A DNA stretch of 63,085 nt, filler included, from Trichosphaerium sp. ATCC 40318 (GCA_038496445.1; 3 parts of 3 records of this genome joined end to end with filler, not necessarily neighbours in it), one strand, 5' to 3'. Counted from the whole stretch's first letter, positions 1-15,800 are shown. Numbers and translations: made by a program. Notes: generated by a model from the sequence alone, not told the origin.

Positions 1-2660
1 TACTCTTGTGAGTATCTTAAGGAGCTGTAATGTAGAACGAATGTCAAATCAATAAACAGAACTTTGAAAATTCTAAATCTGTTATTTTCGGACAACATAA
101 GTTCTGGTTGCCAGTACAGTTTTCAGAATAGTTGAGATTATCGTTCTTATTCTTAAACAAGGCAACTTTAACGCTCTTCGTTTCGGCACAAATACGCCAT
201 TTCATTCGAGATTAATTGACCACACGCACAATGGTTAAGGTAAGATTACTAATTCAAGTGTAAAAGAAGCACAGGTGCTTTCTGGAAGCCCTTTGTTTTG
301 TTTTGTTTATGCTTTTTTGCATCCATTAGAGCGGCTTCAAGCATCCGTTTTGACAGGAGTTTGACTTGCCAGGCTTTATGGTATATTTATTACCGGTACT
401 CCAAGTCAATTCCATTGTGACTGACAAGAAGGTATGTAGACTGAATGTTATTTTTTATTCAAAATCTGTTTTTGAGTTCACCATATGGCGGTCGCTTTCC
501 ATACTGAAAATAGGTAGCAAGTTAAAGTGTCGTTTTATTTCAATAACATTCTATTCAGATGAACTATCTCATTGGAGTTTTGTGTTGACCTGGTGTGAGT
601 CTAAATAGAATGTAACATTTCTTTTGTCCTTGCTATTGCTTTGATTAAAAACCAAGCTAATCAAACATCTACATTAAGCACGTACAACAGGTTTGAATGG
701 TTTTATAACCTCTAATTGTATGAGATGCTTCACAGCTTTCTTTATGCTTGTAAGGTTTATTGAAATACTTCGCCTCATGTTTGAAAAAATAACACCTGGA
801 ACTCGGTTATTTTGTATTACTTTTTGGTTGCAATAGTATAGATTAGTTTACCTTCTGTTCCTGCATTCTCGATATAACTATAAAATCGTTAAAAGATATC
901 ACAATTGTGATCTAATAAAACTGTACAATTCTCAAGGGTGTGCAATTTTTGACAGTAGTACTTTGAGAAAAAAAAATCCAATGATGTGCAATTTTTGACA
1001 GTACTTCGAGAAAAAAAAATCCAATGATGTGCTTTTGTTAGCTAATAGATTTTGCTACTTTATCACCAACGAGTTAATTTTATACCTGTATATTAAAAAT
1101 TCATCGTTAGATAATGCTTTAACCCTAAGAAAGTGCAGAAAGTTAACACATCAATAAAAAAAAACCAACAACAAACTTTTCGTGATCTTCGATTGGTACT
1201 AGTTTAATTAGGTTTTCCCCGATTCCCGTATCCTAAACATACTCTAAATACGGCACCCTCTTAAATCAATACAATCAAATGTAGCCTCACCAAAATCACA
1301 GAAACAAGTCGTTCATTAACAAGCTGTTTAAGTTAGAAAATCAGAGTCATTTTCTCTCATACCGTCTGTAAAGCTATGTCCTTATCACTTGCTGTTATAT
1401 CATGAATCGAAGCGCTAATTGTCTTCCAAACTGTTCCCTTTGAGGTATGGATTACATAATAAAATAATATTGTATTTTGACATACACAAGGGTGCAGAGC
1501 AAGCGCAGTCAACTAAAAAGCGTTAATTAGTTTTATACCGCTAAACTGTGCTTAAAAGTACAATTTGATCTCTAGCTAGAGTAACAACGTTCATTCGGTT
1601 CTAACAGAGGGTTTTAGTGCTACTTAACGGTCAGCAAACGTCAACTAAAAAAAAAAACAGTTGAAAGAGTTTTTCTTGAATTTTTCTCATATTATGTATG
1701 TGACGAATTGTCCTAATTATACTTCAACTGCATTGCTGAAGTGTTTATAAATGAAATAAGCTATCTACATGTTCCAAGGAAGCTGATACTTTAAGAACAC
1801 TACGAGAGCCAAACTGAATAAGACTATTGTTAAAAACGTGATTTGACCGTGTAGCTGATTATTATTGCACATTGTTATACTATTGAGGTGTCTTTGGATA
1901 AAAAGTAGTTTGATTGAAGAAAGTTCTTTGGTAAAAATACAGAAGTTTGTCGTAGGTCTCAGAGATACAGGCTTACACAGTGACCATGCAAATTACGGCG
2001 TTGAAAGCAAACTTGGGGGGTGATAAGCCGCTCATTAAGATTATGTGTTATTTTAGGATTATCACGTGATTTAAAGCGAGTATTTTTGTTCACGATTACT
2101 ATTAGTTTGTCAGATTTTTGTTGTTCGTCGAGATATTGGTTGCAACATTGTGATATTTGGGAGTAATTTGTTTTAATTATGATTTGGTTTTTTTTTTTTT
2201 TGGTTTTGTACATTTTCTTTCTTACAAGTTTAGGTTTCATTTTTCTTTTTACAGTGAGTGTTTCATATGTGTGGATAATATCTCATTCCGTCCAACGAGT
2301 TGATATACAGATATTTACAATAAAAGGCCAGAGAATAAAATTCCTGAGGACAACCAAAAGTTGAAAGAAAAACCGCTACAGATCGAGAAAAAAAATGCGG
2401 TCTTCCTCTTTTTTTTTTTGATGTCCTCCGAAATTCTCTCTTTCGTTGTCGGATAGAGTGCCAGGTCGTGGTGGAATCATTTTATCGCGTGGTAATTAAC
2501 GTTTAAGCGTATTTTTCAGGGCATTATACAAGTGGCGTGAAGAGCTAATAAATGAGTAAGTTTAGAACAGAAACAATCGAAAGAAAAAAAAACACACGTG
2601 TGTTTTCATTAAAATGCTTGTTCTCGTACCAGGTGCGAAAAAATTCACGTGAAAGCGTGA

Positions 2661-4299
2661 TTATTCATTGTTCGATACGAAAATAAATGCTGACTGTCTA
2701 GCGTGATGAGGTCTTCTCGGTAGATTTTCATCTCGACGAACAATAGAATTTCTTCTCCTCAAACAATTCTGTTTGGCTTCTTCAGAGTGTCTAAGTTTTC
2801 TTAACGCCAAGTGTCTCTCATGTGCCCCGTTTGAACCAAAATACATAGCAGTCAATACAGGCTTCTGTGCAGTAGGTCTTACAAGATGCTGTGGCTAAAA
2901 AGAAATATACAGTCAGCACACAAGGTTCAGAACTAGCTTTTCTTTTTTTTTTTTTGGACTTTTTTTTAATTGTTTTTTTTTTTTGAGAAAAGGTTTTTCT
3001 GGCGGCCGGAGATTATGACGTCATGGATATATCGTTTTATGAAAAGGGAAAACGCGGGGCAAAAAAAAACAAAACAAAGAAAAATCGACCAAAGATTGAG
3101 AGAGTACTAGATAGGCATTGTGAAATACGTACAGGTGGATATGTCTTGATCTTTCTTGGATCATATAGACAATTAGACGATCCTGTGGCTGGTGCTGAAC
3201 AATTACGTCTGTGACTTCCTAAATGTTCTGTACGTCTTTGTCCTCCTCTTGTGTGTTGCATACTTCCACCTTGATAATGAAATTAATGACGTGAACATCA
3301 AAGGAAGAGAGAAAAAAAAACCAAAACGTTTTTTTTGTCAAATGAGAATAAATCGTAGAGAGTTTATACTCACTTGGTGAAGTCTCTGCACAGTCCCATG
3401 CGTATTTAGCGCCGGGTTCCGGTGCATCTGGTCTTTCTCTTTTAATAGCAGGTTCGTCTTCATCCTTAGAGTCGCGTCTAATAGAGAAGAAGCGTTAGGA
3501 CAACGATCGTCGGATTATAAAAAAAACGGACTGGACTCGATTTTTTCAAAGTAGAATTTGCCAAATCACGCAAAAATAGTACAACGACGTACTTTGCTGG
3601 GCGTTTAAGGAATTTTCGCTTATTCTCAAAAGAGTTTGATCGTTTATATGTCGCGCGCTTTTGTTTTGTGTTTAACTCCTTCGGAGAGCAATCTATATAT
3701 TATATTAACAAGGACGAGCAATATAGTGATTCTTTTTTTTTGAAGCGGAAGCCATAATTACAGAAACAAAAAAAAAAAAAAAGTTCAAAAAAAAAGACCA
3801 GGATTTCCTTTCCTGTTTTTTTTTTCTCGCAATTAAAAACGCAAGAAACACGACGAAAAAGAATTTTTATGGTGATTTCTATTTTGCGAAAGTACTGTTG
3901 AGATTTTATAGGTCGAAATATGAGATTGTGATCTACTACGGTACCTATGGATGGTTGCGCGAACCCACGCAATCGCGGAGACTGCCGTACAGATGATACT
4001 TGCTGAGCCGCGATGGCCATTGTGATTGACGATACTTCGTTATCTTCATCGTCAATGTCGTAGAGCTTAGACCCTTCTGAGTTGCTTGTAGGTTGCATAA
4101 GATACATTTCAAGGTTCAACTCCTCCAATTCATCCGAATAATTCTCTTCGTCTGGTAATGGCTTCTTTTTCCGTCTATTTAGCATACGCTTTGTTTGTTC
4201 TTGCTCTGTTTTATTACTGGACAGTTGACGTCTCTGTTTATGGTTTAATGGAATCATCGATCGCCTTGAACGCGGGTCAGCCACAGTTCTTATATTCAT
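2661..4299 (-). CDS. Mirror copy of the hypothetical spliced gene at 13920-15559
   Basis: Lies inside the inverted-repeat arm. Confidence 0.65.
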
Positions 4300-5378
4300 G
4301 TATTATTAGGGCTTGTTAGGCCGGTTAAATTGGAGAAACTCGGAAACAAAATATTTTTGACTTATCGCACGTGTTTTGTTGAAAAAAAAAGTGAACTACG
4401 AGAGAATTTGTCGGAAGAATAAAAAAATTCCTAGTGCGCTTATTTTTGTCCAAGTAAAGTGTGTTACCTAATAAAGCGCTCTACGAGCTACTGTAACACA
4501 AAAACATGTAAACGAGCGGTTGGAATATGTTTTGAGATTGAACAAAAAAAAAAAAAAGTTGAAGAAATTCTCGTTTCGAAAAAGTCTGTTTACGCGACTC
4601 CGTGTATTAAAAAAAACTCTTGAGTATGTAGGTAATATAATAAACGAAAGAAAAAGGACCACGAACCCACACTTTACTCTTACAGAAAGAGATATGTGTC
4701 CTGTAATTTGAGAAAAACTCATCATAATTGTTTGTTTATTATTCCCTTTTGCTTTGATTGTGTTGGGAATACAAGAATTTTGATTCAAAAAAAAAAATCT
4801 GGAGTTGGGTTTGCAGAAAACAAAACGAGATTTTTTTGAAGCAATTGCTGATTTTTTAAATAAAACTGCTTTAAATCAATAAAATAATAGTTATTATGAC
4901 ATACCCTGTAATCTTTTTACGCGTGGCTGTTATCCCTTCGTAGTATACTTGCTTTGCATACATTTAAACGCTTTATGTCAAATAGGATAGTTATAGAACG
5001 CTTTGGGTTAATTTTCTTGCGGAGCAGTGGTTCTGTTATCGACGTGGTGACTTTTTTTTTCATGCGAAGTTAATCTGAGAACGAGATCTCCAGATTTACT
5101 TTTTGTTTCCGCAAATAGCTTTTGTTTCTCTCGACAATGTAATATGATTTAGGAAAGTACAGAAAAAAAAAACGTGGCATGAGGCGAAAATTTTTTTCTT
5201 GATCACGTTTTTGTTGTGTGCGAAAATAACTAATGTTGGTAAAAAGTATCAAAAATGATGTAGGTATTATTGTGTTTGCGTTAGGGGGAAATAGGGAGTG
5301 AGAAAATAAAAAAGGGTGAAGTAGAAAATTGCTTTTATTTTATTTTTTTTTCTATTCTCGAAAAAATGAAGAGATGCC

Positions 5379-7802
5379 TTAAGCACTTGCGGAAAAAAAA
5401 TCTTGGGCATCTCGTGCTGTGATACCAAGAAAGAATAAAAGAGTACCAAGCGACTCTTGGTTTATTCTATAAAAAAGAAGATACAGGTTACTACTAAGCT
5501 ACGAAAACTGAAAAAAAATATGAAGTTGTCATTCTGTTTTCTTTGTGAGTGATTGATTTACACAATGTGTTTTTGAGAAAATGTAGAAGAAAGCATGGGT
5601 GATTACTTGGAGATTTAACGCCCAGTTTTGCAAAAGTTTTTATACGCTTACCTGTATTTAGCTATCTCTTGAACGTGTTTTTTAGCGTTATAAGCAACAC
5701 CAAGACCTGCTTTAGCAAGCATAGGTAAATCATTCGCGCCATCGCCAATAGCTATGACTTGAGGCAAAGGAATACCTTCATCCTAAAAAGAATAAGAGTT
5801 AAAAACAACTCCAAACACTGCACGAGTTATAAAAACTACACGGTGTATCACGTTATGGTTACTATTTCATCACGTGATAAAAGACAAAAAAGATAAATCA
5901 AAAAACTCGTTGCATAAACACAGTAGTCAATAGTGAGTCATGTTTCATGCAGTTTGTGGAATAGAGTCCAAAATGTGCTTTGTTTTTTTCTTATCATGAC
6001 CCATCTTATGAATTGATCCGAAAATGCACCAAAATAAAGCCTGTACAGTACCTTTGCGATTTGTGACAGAAGCTCTTCTTTCTTTTTGGAGTCAACAATC
6101 ATTCCCGTTACCTCACCAGTAAGAATACCATCAACAACTTCAAGTTGGTTGGCAAACGCGTAGTCCAAGCTCTAAAAAAATAAGCAAATCACCCGGCCGC
6201 TGTGTACGAGATTTTGTTTGTTTGGAACAATTTGTCTTTTTTGAAACAGAGAATCAGAAACAATACGTACCAACTCATCCTTAACGTGCTTTATAATATC
6301 AGTAAACCCTCCTGAAATTACAGCCATTTTGTAACCAAGTTTTTTTAAAACACCGCATAAAAAGTGAGCTCTAAATAATACAATAAGAATAAACGTATGG
6401 TATAATACGCTTTTGGATATGGATAAAAAAAGTTACGAAACAAGTTAGGAACCAACAAAATCAAAGCCAAAAAAAACTTTTTATCACGTGATTTTTGTAA
6501 CGTGATTTAAAAAACGTGCCCATCTGAGTATACCAAGTTTGATACTATCTCTCCGAATATTGCCTCTGTCTGACCCTTCAACATACGTACTCTCTTACGG
6601 AGACAAAGTTCAAAGTCTAGCTCTCCATTCATAGCTCTAGTAGGCGTTATTATCTTTTTTTGGGTGAGAAAGAAGGCAAGATTTTTTGTATTTTTAGCAA
6701 CAGCTAGCGCTGTATTCTTTTCGGTAAAACATAGCGCTACCTCTTTGTTATCTCTTTAACTTCATCATAGACACCGGCATGCCTGGCCATTTCGTTAATG
6801 CACTACAGCAAAATGTTAAAAACGTGGCGATGTAAGTTTATAACACTACCTCTTGTTGAATGAGTGTTGAGTCCATATCAAATACAATTAATCTACGAAC
6901 ACTTCTGATCAAGTTGTTAGGTTGCAAGGATATATCGGTTTCATTGGCTTTGCCTAAAGGTGTTACAAAAAAATCTCATGCAATAGTTCGTACTGATAGT
7001 GAGCAATCCAGAGCTTAGCTCATCATATTTTGTAGGATCGAGCAACAGATACATGGCTAAGCATCGCGTTTCTGAATCAAAAAAATTAGCTTGGTGTTTC
7101 TGCTCTTTCTTACCTTTTCCTTGCTCGAAAGGCACCACACTTGTTATACAACCACCTAAGCGACAATTAAGTATTATTTTCAACAGTCTTGTACCTTGTG
7201 ATGTTACTGCAGAAGCGATGTTATTTAGAATAGAAATATCGACTTTAGGCGTGATAGTTAGTACATAGTCGCTACCGCTCTTTGCAGTAACAGCACTACA
7301 TTTCACATTCTTGATAGCTGTAATAGCAGCGACCAAATCAGAGACTTTCGTATCACTGGTCTATTTGATGAGAGTCAGTAACATAGCGCGACAAGTGTGA
7401 AAACAGTACCTCTACAATTGCGAATGAAATAGCGCACATTTCATCTAAAGTGTCAAATGCCAAATCAACAATCTTTGATTTAGAAGCAGCAATCTCTTTA
7501 AATACTCCAGTAACTTCTTCACTGGATTTACAAGCAACGGATACATATTTACCCGTTGCAGACAAAGGGTATGTAGCAGCGACATTGGAATCTTGGAGTG
7601 ACTGACTCGTGTATCCAAATACTTGAGATAAGTAAGAAATGTCGACTTGAGACATCGAATCTACGTTCTCATTGAATGCACTTAGAGACTTTGTGGTGAT
7701 TGCTAAAGTTTTAAGTTAACTAAATGTGAATCAAATTCTAAAACGTACATAGACCAATCATTGGCAATGCAGTGCTATCAGCACCTAAACGACTTGTTAG
7801 AA
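5379..7802 (-). CDS. serB: Partial mirror copy of the phosphoserine phosphatase (C-terminal active unit)
   Basis: Reverse complement of 10416-12839. Confidence 0.85.
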
Positions 7803-7811
7803 TAGAATTTC

Positions 7812-9106
<1,295 letters not shown>

Positions 9107-9176
9107 TCGTGTTTTTCTCAGTTGAAAATTCTTGTGTTTTTGACGCTTTAACGTCCGCTCTAATTTCCCGCCTTAG

Positions 9177-12100
9177 GTTCCGCACGTGCTTACAATACTA
9201 AAATCTACAAGTTTTGATGTTTCATTCTTCAATGATATGCTTGAGACGCTCAAAAAGAGTGGAATACAGATTTCTAAGGTTCTTATTTTTTTATTATTTA
9301 TATCTATGTTTTGTTAATGTGATAAGATTGTGAACCTTACCGATAGCGCTAATGGTTGTGATATATTTATGAGCATACCAAAGACACTCTTTGATAATAC
9401 AAAACTAATGACGGAGCTCAAAAAGGAGCTGTTTAACACAGGTAATTAAGTTTACGTATAAACTTAAAGCACATTCTTAATTAACATTAATTAACTTCTC
9501 CCTCGTTATCGCACTTATGTGTTCTTATCCTTATATCTCCTATAGGTTTAAAATACGATGTAGATACGATACTACAACAACAGGGCCTCGCAAGATCATA
9601 TAAGCGCGTAGTATGTCATTAACAAAGCTCTTGTATCCGTTCTTCTTCATGTTTTTTCTGTATTAAAACTACGAACTAGGTTTTCTTTTCTGGTGTAGAA
9701 GGAACTTTAACAGACACAAAATTTTGTGAGGAAGCAGCCAAGGTATTAGGCGTAGAGGATAAGGTACGTAATTTAGAAATTCTGTTTGAAGTTAATTAAC
9801 AAATTAAACATTTCAAATTTTGACACGCTACATTTTTTTTCTCAAAATTTCGGTTTCTAGATGCTCGCTATACCTCTCCAAGGATGTACCGAAGATGAAC
9901 GTAAGGCAAACATCTCGAATAGAGCGTCTCTATTGAAGGTAACTACAATAGTTTTAAAGCTACTAACGCGAGCCAGGGTCTAACAAAAGATCAAATTGAT
10001 ACGATTCTTAAAAACACAAAATTATCTAGCGGTGCTGAGACGCTATGCCAAAACTTGAAACAACTTGGGTACTCCCATTATTTCGTACTTATCTTCGAGC
10101 TAATTAGCAATTAGAGTTCGTGCGTACATCGTCACAGACGGGTTTTCATTCCTCGCAAAACACGTTGCTGGCTTGTTGGGCATTGACGCCGTGTTCTGTA
10201 ATACACTTGAAGTATCAGATGGCGTGTTGACAGGTATGAGTTACGTTTCAATATCTATGCTTACAATGTTCTATTACAGGTAATTTACAAGGTCCTATTA
10301 GTGGCTTGGCTCAAGTCAAAACGTATTGTAAGTCTCAAACTGATGAGCAAGGGGTAGACGAAAATCAAATTGTTACAATAGGTACGCCAAACCCAAGAAC
10401 CACTCTGAACCCTTCTTCTAACAAGTCGTTTAGGTGCTGATAGCACTGCATTGCCAATGATTGGTCTATGTACGTTTTAGAATTTGATTCACATTTAGTT
10501 AACTTAAAACTTTAGCAATCACCACAAAGTCTCTAAGTGCATTCAATGAGAACGTAGATTCGATGTCTCAAGTCGACATTTCTTACTTATCTCAAGTATT
10601 TGGATACACGAGTCAGTCACTCCAAGATTCCAATGTCGCTGCTACATACCCTTTGTCTGCAACGGGTAAATATGTATCCGTTGCTTGTAAATCCAGTGAA
10701 GAAGTTACTGGAGTATTTAAAGAGATTGCTGCTTCTAAATCAAAGATTGTTGATTTGGCATTTGACACTTTAGATGAAATGTGCGCTATTTCATTCGCAA
10801 TTGTAGAGGTACTGTTTTCACACTTGTCGCGCTATGTTACTGACTCTCATCAAATAGACCAGTGATACGAAAGTCTCTGATTTGGTCGCTGCTATTACAG
10901 CTATCAAGAATGTGAAATGTAGTGCTGTTACTGCAAAGAGCGGTAGCGACTATGTACTAACTATCACGCCTAAAGTCGATATTTCTATTCTAAATAACAT
11001 CGCTTCTGCAGTAACATCACAAGGTACAAGACTGTTGAAAATAATACTTAATTGTCGCTTAGGTGGTTGTATAACAAGTGTGGTGCCTTTCGAGCAAGGA
11101 AAAGGTAAGAAAGAGCAGAAACACCAAGCTAATTTTTTTGATTCAGAAACGCGATGCTTAGCCATGTATCTGTTGCTCGATCCTACAAAATATGATGAGC
11201 TAAGCTCTGGATTGCTCACTATCAGTACGAACTATTGCATGAGATTTTTTTGTAACACCTTTAGGCAAAGCCAATGAAACCGATATATCCTTGCAACCTA
11301 ACAACTTGATCAGAAGTGTTCGTAGATTAATTGTATTTGATATGGACTCAACACTCATTCAACAAGAGGTAGTGTTATAAACTTACATCGCCACGTTTTT
11401 AACATTTTGCTGTAGTGCATTAACGAAATGGCCAGGCATGCCGGTGTCTATGATGAAGTTAAAGAGATAACAAAGAGGTAGCGCTATGTTTTACCGAAAA
11501 GAATACAGCGCTAGCTGTTGCTAAAAATACAAAAAATCTTGCCTTCTTTCTCACCCAAAAAAAGATAATAACGCCTACTAGAGCTATGAATGGAGAGCTA
11601 GACTTTGAACTTTGTCTCCGTAAGAGAGTACGTATGTTGAAGGGTCAGACAGAGGCAATATTCGGAGAGATAGTATCAAACTTGGTATACTCAGATGGGC
11701 ACGTTTTTTAAATCACGTTACAAAAATCACGTGATAAAAAGTTTTTTTTGGCTTTGATTTTGTTGGTTCCTAACTTGTTTCGTAACTTTTTTTATCCATA
11801 TCCAAAAGCGTATTATACCATACGTTTATTCTTATTGTATTATTTAGAGCTCACTTTTTATGCGGTGTTTTAAAAAAACTTGGTTACAAAATGGCTGTAA
11901 TTTCAGGAGGGTTTACTGATATTATAAAGCACGTTAAGGATGAGTTGGTACGTATTGTTTCTGATTCTCTGTTTCAAAAAAGACAAATTGTTCCAAACAA
12001 ACAAAATCTCGTACACAGCGGCCGGGTGATTTGCTTATTTTTTTAGAGCTTGGACTACGCGTTTGCCAACCAACTTGAAGTTGTTGATGGTATTCTTACT

Positions 12101-12839
12101 GGTGAGGTAACGGGAATGATTGTTGACTCCAAAAAGAAAGAAGAGCTTCTGTCACAAATCGCAAAGGTACTGTACAGGCTTTATTTTGGTGCATTTTCGG
12201 ATCAATTCATAAGATGGGTCATGATAAGAAAAAAACAAAGCACATTTTGGACTCTATTCCACAAACTGCATGAAACATGACTCACTATTGACTACTGTGT
12301 TTATGCAACGAGTTTTTTGATTTATCTTTTTTGTCTTTTATCACGTGATGAAATAGTAACCATAACGTGATACACCGTGTAGTTTTTATAACTCGTGCAG
12401 TGTTTGGAGTTGTTTTTAACTCTTATTCTTTTTAGGATGAAGGTATTCCTTTGCCTCAAGTCATAGCTATTGGCGATGGCGCGAATGATTTACCTATGCT
12501 TGCTAAAGCAGGTCTTGGTGTTGCTTATAACGCTAAAAAACACGTTCAAGAGATAGCTAAATACAGGTAAGCGTATAAAAACTTTTGCAAAACTGGGCGT
12601 TAAATCTCCAAGTAATCACCCATGCTTTCTTCTACATTTTCTCAAAAACACATTGTGTAAATCAATCACTCACAAAGAAAACAGAATGACAACTTCATAT
12701 TTTTTTTCAGTTTTCGTAGCTTAGTAGTAACCTGTATCTTCTTTTTTATAGAATAAACCAAGAGTCGCTTGGTACTCTTTTATTCTTTCTTGGTATCACA
12801 GCACGAGATGCCCAAGATTTTTTTTCCGCAAGTGCTTAA
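9177..12839 (+). CDS. serB: Spliced phosphoserine phosphatase (SerB-type, ACT+HAD) with an N-terminal degenerate duplicate unit; 5' end truncated
   Basis: Manually spliced exons give RRLIVFDMDSTLIQQE, RAMNGELDF, KMAVISGGFT, DYAFANQLEVVDGILTGEV and [25 protein letters not shown]; stop TAA at 12837-12839. Confidence 0.92.
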
Positions 12840-15800
12840 GGCATCTCTTCATTTTTTCGAGAATAGAAAAAAAAATAAAATAAAAGCAATTTTCTACTTC
12901 ACCCTTTTTTATTTTCTCACTCCCTATTTCCCCCTAACGCAAACACAATAATACCTACATCATTTTTGATACTTTTTACCAACATTAGTTATTTTCGCAC
13001 ACAACAAAAACGTGATCAAGAAAAAAATTTTCGCCTCATGCCACGTTTTTTTTTTCTGTACTTTCCTAAATCATATTACATTGTCGAGAGAAACAAAAGC
13101 TATTTGCGGAAACAAAAAGTAAATCTGGAGATCTCGTTCTCAGATTAACTTCGCATGAAAAAAAAAGTCACCACGTCGATAACAGAACCACTGCTCCGCA
13201 AGAAAATTAACCCAAAGCGTTCTATAACTATCCTATTTGACATAAAGCGTTTAAATGTATGCAAAGCAAGTATACTACGAAGGGATAACAGCCACGCGTA
13301 AAAAGATTACAGGGTATGTCATAATAACTATTATTTTATTGATTTAAAGCAGTTTTATTTAAAAAATCAGCAATTGCTTCAAAAAAATCTCGTTTTGTTT
13401 TCTGCAAACCCAACTCCAGATTTTTTTTTTTGAATCAAAATTCTTGTATTCCCAACACAATCAAAGCAAAAGGGAATAATAAACAAACAATTATGATGAG
13501 TTTTTCTCAAATTACAGGACACATATCTCTTTCTGTAAGAGTAAAGTGTGGGTTCGTGGTCCTTTTTCTTTCGTTTATTATATTACCTACATACTCAAGA
13601 GTTTTTTTTAATACACGGAGTCGCGTAAACAGACTTTTTCGAAACGAGAATTTCTTCAACTTTTTTTTTTTTTTGTTCAATCTCAAAACATATTCCAACC
13701 GCTCGTTTACATGTTTTTGTGTTACAGTAGCTCGTAGAGCGCTTTATTAGGTAACACACTTTACTTGGACAAAAATAAGCGCACTAGGAATTTTTTTATT
13801 CTTCCGACAAATTCTCTCGTAGTTCACTTTTTTTTTCAACAAAACACGTGCGATAAGTCAAAAATATTTTTGTTTCCGAGTTTCTCCAATTTAACCGGCC
13901 TAACAAGCCCTAATAATACATGAATATAAGAACTGTGGCTGACCCGCGTTCAAGGCGATCGATGATTCCATTAAACCATAAACAGAGACGTCAACTGTCC
14001 AGTAATAAAACAGAGCAAGAACAAACAAAGCGTATGCTAAATAGACGGAAAAAGAAGCCATTACCAGACGAAGAGAATTATTCGGATGAATTGGAGGAGT
14101 TGAACCTTGAAATGTATCTTATGCAACCTACAAGCAACTCAGAAGGGTCTAAGCTCTACGACATTGACGATGAAGATAACGAAGTATCGTCAATCACAAT
14201 GGCCATCGCGGCTCAGCAAGTATCATCTGTACGGCAGTCTCCGCGATTGCGTGGGTTCGCGCAACCATCCATAGGTACCGTAGTAGATCACAATCTCATA
14301 TTTCGACCTATAAAATCTCAACAGTACTTTCGCAAAATAGAAATCACCATAAAAATTCTTTTTCGTCGTGTTTCTTGCGTTTTTAATTGCGAGAAAAAAA
14401 AAACAGGAAAGGAAATCCTGGTCTTTTTTTTTGAACTTTTTTTTTTTTTTTTGTTTCTGTAATTATGGCTTCCGCTTCAAAAAAAAAGAATCACTATATT
14501 GCTCGTCCTTGTTAATATAATATATAGATTGCTCTCCGAAGGAGTTAAACACAAAACAAAAGCGCGCGACATATAAACGATCAAACTCTTTTGAGAATAA
14601 GCGAAAATTCCTTAAACGCCCAGCAAAGTACGTCGTTGTACTATTTTTGCGTGATTTGGCAAATTCTACTTTGAAAAAATCGAGTCCAGTCCGTTTTTTT
14701 TATAATCCGACGATCGTTGTCCTAACGCTTCTTCTCTATTAGACGCGACTCTAAGGATGAAGACGAACCTGCTATTAAAAGAGAAAGACCAGATGCACCG
14801 GAACCCGGCGCTAAATACGCATGGGACTGTGCAGAGACTTCACCAAGTGAGTATAAACTCTCTACGATTTATTCTCATTTGACAAAAAAAACGTTTTGGT
14901 TTTTTTTTCTCTCTTCCTTTGATGTTCACGTCATTAATTTCATTATCAAGGTGGAAGTATGCAACACACAAGAGGAGGACAAAGACGTACAGAACATTTA
15001 GGAAGTCACAGACGTAATTGTTCAGCACCAGCCACAGGATCGTCTAATTGTCTATATGATCCAAGAAAGATCAAGACATATCCACCTGTACGTATTTCAC
15101 AATGCCTATCTAGTACTCTCTCAATCTTTGGTCGATTTTTCTTTGTTTTGTTTTTTTTTGCCCCGCGTTTTCCCTTTTCATAAAACGATATATCCATGAC
15201 GTCATAATCTCCGGCCGCCAGAAAAACCTTTTCTCAAAAAAAAAAAACAATTAAAAAAAAGTCCAAAAAAAAAAAAAGAAAAGGTAGTTCTGAACCTTGT
15301 GTGCTGACTGTATATTTCTTTTTAGCCGCAGCATCTTGTAAGACCTACTGCACAGAAGCCTGTATTGACTGCTATGTATTTTGGTTCAAACGGGGCACAT
15401 GAGAGACACTTGGCGTTAAGAAAACTTAGACACTCTGAAGAAGCCAAACAGAATTGTTTGAGGAGAAGAAATTCTATTGTTCGTCGAGATGAAAATCTAC
15501 CGAGAAGACCTCATCACGCTAGACAGTCAGCATTTATTTTCGTATCGAACAATGAATAATCACGCTTTCACGTGAATTTTTTCGCACCTGGTACGAGAAC
15601 AAGCATTTTAATGAAAACACACGTGTGTTTTTTTTTCTTTCGATTGTTTCTGTTCTAAACTTACTCATTTATTAGCTCTTCACGCCACTTGTATAATGCC
15701 CTGAAAAATACGCTTAAACGTTAATTACCACGCGATAAAATGATTCCACCACGACCTGGCACTCTATCCGACAACGAAAGAGAGAATTTCGGAGGACATC

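Larger units (their letters stand above)
1..7802 (-). repeat. Left arm of ~7.8-kb inverted repeat (reverse complement of 10416-18180)
   Basis: Base 1 pairs with 18180; mirrored ORFs (7353-7655 with 10563-10865; 4299 with 13920); match ends at 7802/10416. Confidence 0.97.

Noticed and set aside
4468-5449. Short Phe/Lys-rich ORFs here and throughout the eukaryotic contigs
   Set aside because: Produced by poly-A/poly-T tracts in introns and intergenic DNA
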